NCBI GenBank assembly: GCA_022605425.2
Contig: JAKIMF020000007.1
Coordinates: 62,001-126,000 of the forward strand
DNA from: Hamiltosporidium tvaerminnensis FI-OER-3-3
Taxonomy: Eukaryota; Fungi; Microsporidia
Direction of reading: 5' to 3'
DNA length: 64,000 nt
The notes under the pieces are model-generated. The model had not been told where the DNA came from, searched no databases, and worked only from the letters and a program-made list of their open reading frames with translations. Below, one piece after another: positions 62,008 to 64,000 of this stretch (position 1 is its first letter; each line of letters opens with the position of its first letter). A program made the translations under genes and the position numbers.

Positions 62008-63144
62008 TCAAAACACAAGATTATCCAATTTAGGAAAAGGATTAACTTTACTAAAAACAATAACACCTTTACTTATCGAAAGATATCCTTTAACAATTTC
62101 TTTATCAATAATATTTAAAATCCAAGTTGTAATATCACTTCCATCCAATTTTATACCATTCATTTTACAAATTTCAATTACATAAAATATTTCAAGTTTA
62201 TTATCCACACAAAATAATTTAAAAACTTTTATCAAATTCATTCTAAGAATAATATAATCTAAGAAATATTCGGATATCTTTAAAACATTGTATTTTAAAA
62301 ATATATTTTCTAAATTACGTAATTCATCAGAAAAATCAAAACGACAATTCACTAATTTTTTATAAAGCGGTTTCAAATATTCACACTTATAAATTTCTAA
62401 ACTTTTTTCTTTTACTATTTTTCCCGTCATAAAATTTACTATAAAAAAAGGAACAAAAATACGATTTCTCATTTTTTTACTACAATTTTTAAAAACATAA
62501 TTGATATAATCTCTAGCTTGTGAAATATTATTTCTATACAGTTTAAGCATTCCTTTATAATAATTAAATAATAGAATATCTTGTAAATCACCTTTCATAT
62601 TTTTATTATTATTATTTTCTAAAATTAGAAGTAAATTATCTGCCAATCTATAATTATTAATTTTAAAATATAAATTAAAAATCATAGCTGAGATATAAAA
62701 TACTAAAGATTTTTGTTCATAAATAATATTTTTTTGAGAAGAAAAATTCGAATTTACTTCGGAAGTGGTAATATTTTCTTTTTTAAAATATATTTGTTTA
62801 AATACATTTGTAAGTTGTACAGCGTATTTCTCTATATTTTGAGTTTCATTACAACAGATCAAAGTGTTAAATGCTATTTTTTTAAAAATAGGATTTATCC
62901 AATCATCTTCTTCTTTTATTGAGGAAGTAAATTGTAAAAAAATATTTAATGATTTTTCAAACGATGGGGATTTAATTAAATCGTATTGGTGAAATAAAAG
63001 AAGTGAAAATGGTGAATGAACCTTGCTAAAATTTGTAACTGAAAGATTTCTTGTAGCGATCATACAATTCAATTTAAAAAGTTTTGAAATTGTTTTTCCA
63101 TCTCGTTGTAGTATTTTTTCGTTTATGCCTTCTGAAATCTCCAT
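62008..63144 (-). CDS. PCI-domain protein, PCID2/Thp1/Csn12 family
   Basis: IFNLYFKINNYRLA, FNYYKG, and C-terminal I.K..VKGYLS......VFSKVNPFP signature. Confidence 0.85.
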   Translation of the reverse strand: MEISEGINEKILQRDGKTISKLFKLNCMIATRNLSVTNFSKVHSPFSLLLFHQYDLIKSPSFEKSLNIFLQFTSSIKEEDDWINPIFKKIAFNTLICCNETQNIEKYAVQLTNVFKQIYFKKENITTSEVNSNFSSQKNIIYEQKSLVFYISAMIFNLYFKINNYRLADNLLLILENNNNKNMKGDLQDILLFNYYKGMLKLYRNNISQARDYINYVFKNCSKKMRNRIFVPFFIVNFMTGKIVKEKSLEIYKCEYLKPLYKKLVNCRFDFSDELRNLENIFLKYNVLKISEYFLDYIILRMNLIKVFKLFCVDNKLEIFYVIEICKMNGIKLDGSDITTWILNIIDKEIVKGYLSISKGVIVFSKVNPFPKLDNLVF

Positions 63145-63685
63145 TTTGTTTTTTAACGGTAATTTTTTAAGAAAAATAATTTTAAAAGTAATTTTTTATA
63201 TTAAATGAAAGAAAAATTGACAAATAAATAAAATGAAAAGAAGTTAAATTTCGGTCATTTAAGGTAGAAAGATTTGGATTTTTTTAATTTGTGAATTCGT
63301 ATTTTTTGACTTCTGAAAGATTTTTAGAAAGGTAAAAAATTAAAATGAAATTTATGTTCGATTTACATAAATTAAATTGGAAAACAAAATTTTAGAAAAC
63401 TGAAAAAAACAAGAAAAAATAATCTGAAATCTAGTATATTTTCATAAAACAAAATAAATTAAAATAAAACTTACAAAGACCGAAAGATAAAGTTTGAGCG
63501 CCTTAAGTTAAATTGGGAAACAAAATTTTATTACACCCGCAAAAAAATTATTTAAATTATAAAAAATAATTTGTAACTGAATTATAATTTAGCGATGAAA
63601 AAAAACGAACGAAAGAAATTTATTATTTAAACTTTAAATTGTTATAAAATTTTAAATAAATAAAAAGTAATTTTTTTCCCTACAA

Positions 63686-64000
63686 ATGAAATGCAATAAC
63701 TTAAAATGTAGAGAAAGTATTCACAACCGAGCTATAATAACTATATGTTGTCATATTTTCTGTCCTAAATGTGGACCAAAAATAAAAAAATCTTCGATGT
63801 GTTCAGCTTGTCAAAATTTTCTTAAAGAGGAAGATATTCTATTAAAGGAAATTGATGTATTACCATGTCTATTGGGATACAATCCAGAGGAAATATTTGA
63901 AGCTGCCAGACGAGGTCTATCATTTTGGATAAATCAAAATGAGATAGAAAATTCTATACAAAATTTAAAATCAGATTCCTTAGAAAGTCAGTGTATGAAA
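63686..64000 (+). CDS. HEI10: HEI10/CCNB1IP1-like meiotic RING E3 ligase (runs off the window edge)
   Basis: Hand translation: MKCNNLKCRESIHNRAIITICCHIFCPKC..CSACQNFL...LLGYNPEEIFEAARRGLSFWINQ. This matches the HEI10 CN..CR..T.CSHIFC..CPAC..L.GL.PE......R.L.FW.YQ pattern; tttccctacaaATG start context. Confidence 0.85.
   Translation, partial: MKCNNLKCRESIHNRAIITICCHIFCPKCGPKIKKSSMCSACQNFLKEEDILLKEIDVLPCLLGYNPEEIFEAARRGLSFWINQNEIENSIQNLKSDSLESQCMK

Noticed and set aside
8704-63208. Short antisense ORFs overlapping real genes (e.g. 8704, 21770, 23172, 24746, 33340, 52826, 62713) and F/I/L/K-rich intergenic ORFs
   Set aside because: These are shadow frames or compositional artefacts of AT-rich DNA, many with non-ATG starts.

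Overview
Very AT-rich, gene-sparse eukaryotic DNA that reads as a large-genome microsporidian (Hamiltosporidium-like). The genes are compact and apparently intronless, most have the microsporidian CCC motif just upstream of the ATG, and the PDH E1-beta lacks a presequence. Recognisable genes: PDHB, GDP-mannose pyrophosphorylase, Edc3-like, cytochrome b5 reductase, Sel1-repeat chitin synthase activator, a PUF protein, Snf5-like, Med8-like, an Ada2-type SWIRM protein, Snu13, an OSCA/TMEM63 channel, Nup53/35, PCID2/Csn12, and a HEI10-like meiotic RING ligase running off the right edge (missed by the ORF track). Intergenic DNA holds lineage-specific LRR-like genes and pseudogenes, RTE and other non-LTR retroelement relics (one with a clean 14-bp TSD), and minisatellites. 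The most notable signal is an unannotated dispersed non-coding family: four ~610-670-nt long copies, four ~220-nt short copies, one ~390-nt intermediate copy, plus fragments. The copies share a ~120-nt head and show strand-specific RNA-structure hallmarks (GNRA loops varying within the GNRA consensus, a cUUCGg loop, a compensated long-range helix). At two loci a long and a short copy face each other. All protein calls come from motif recognition by eye; no searches were run.
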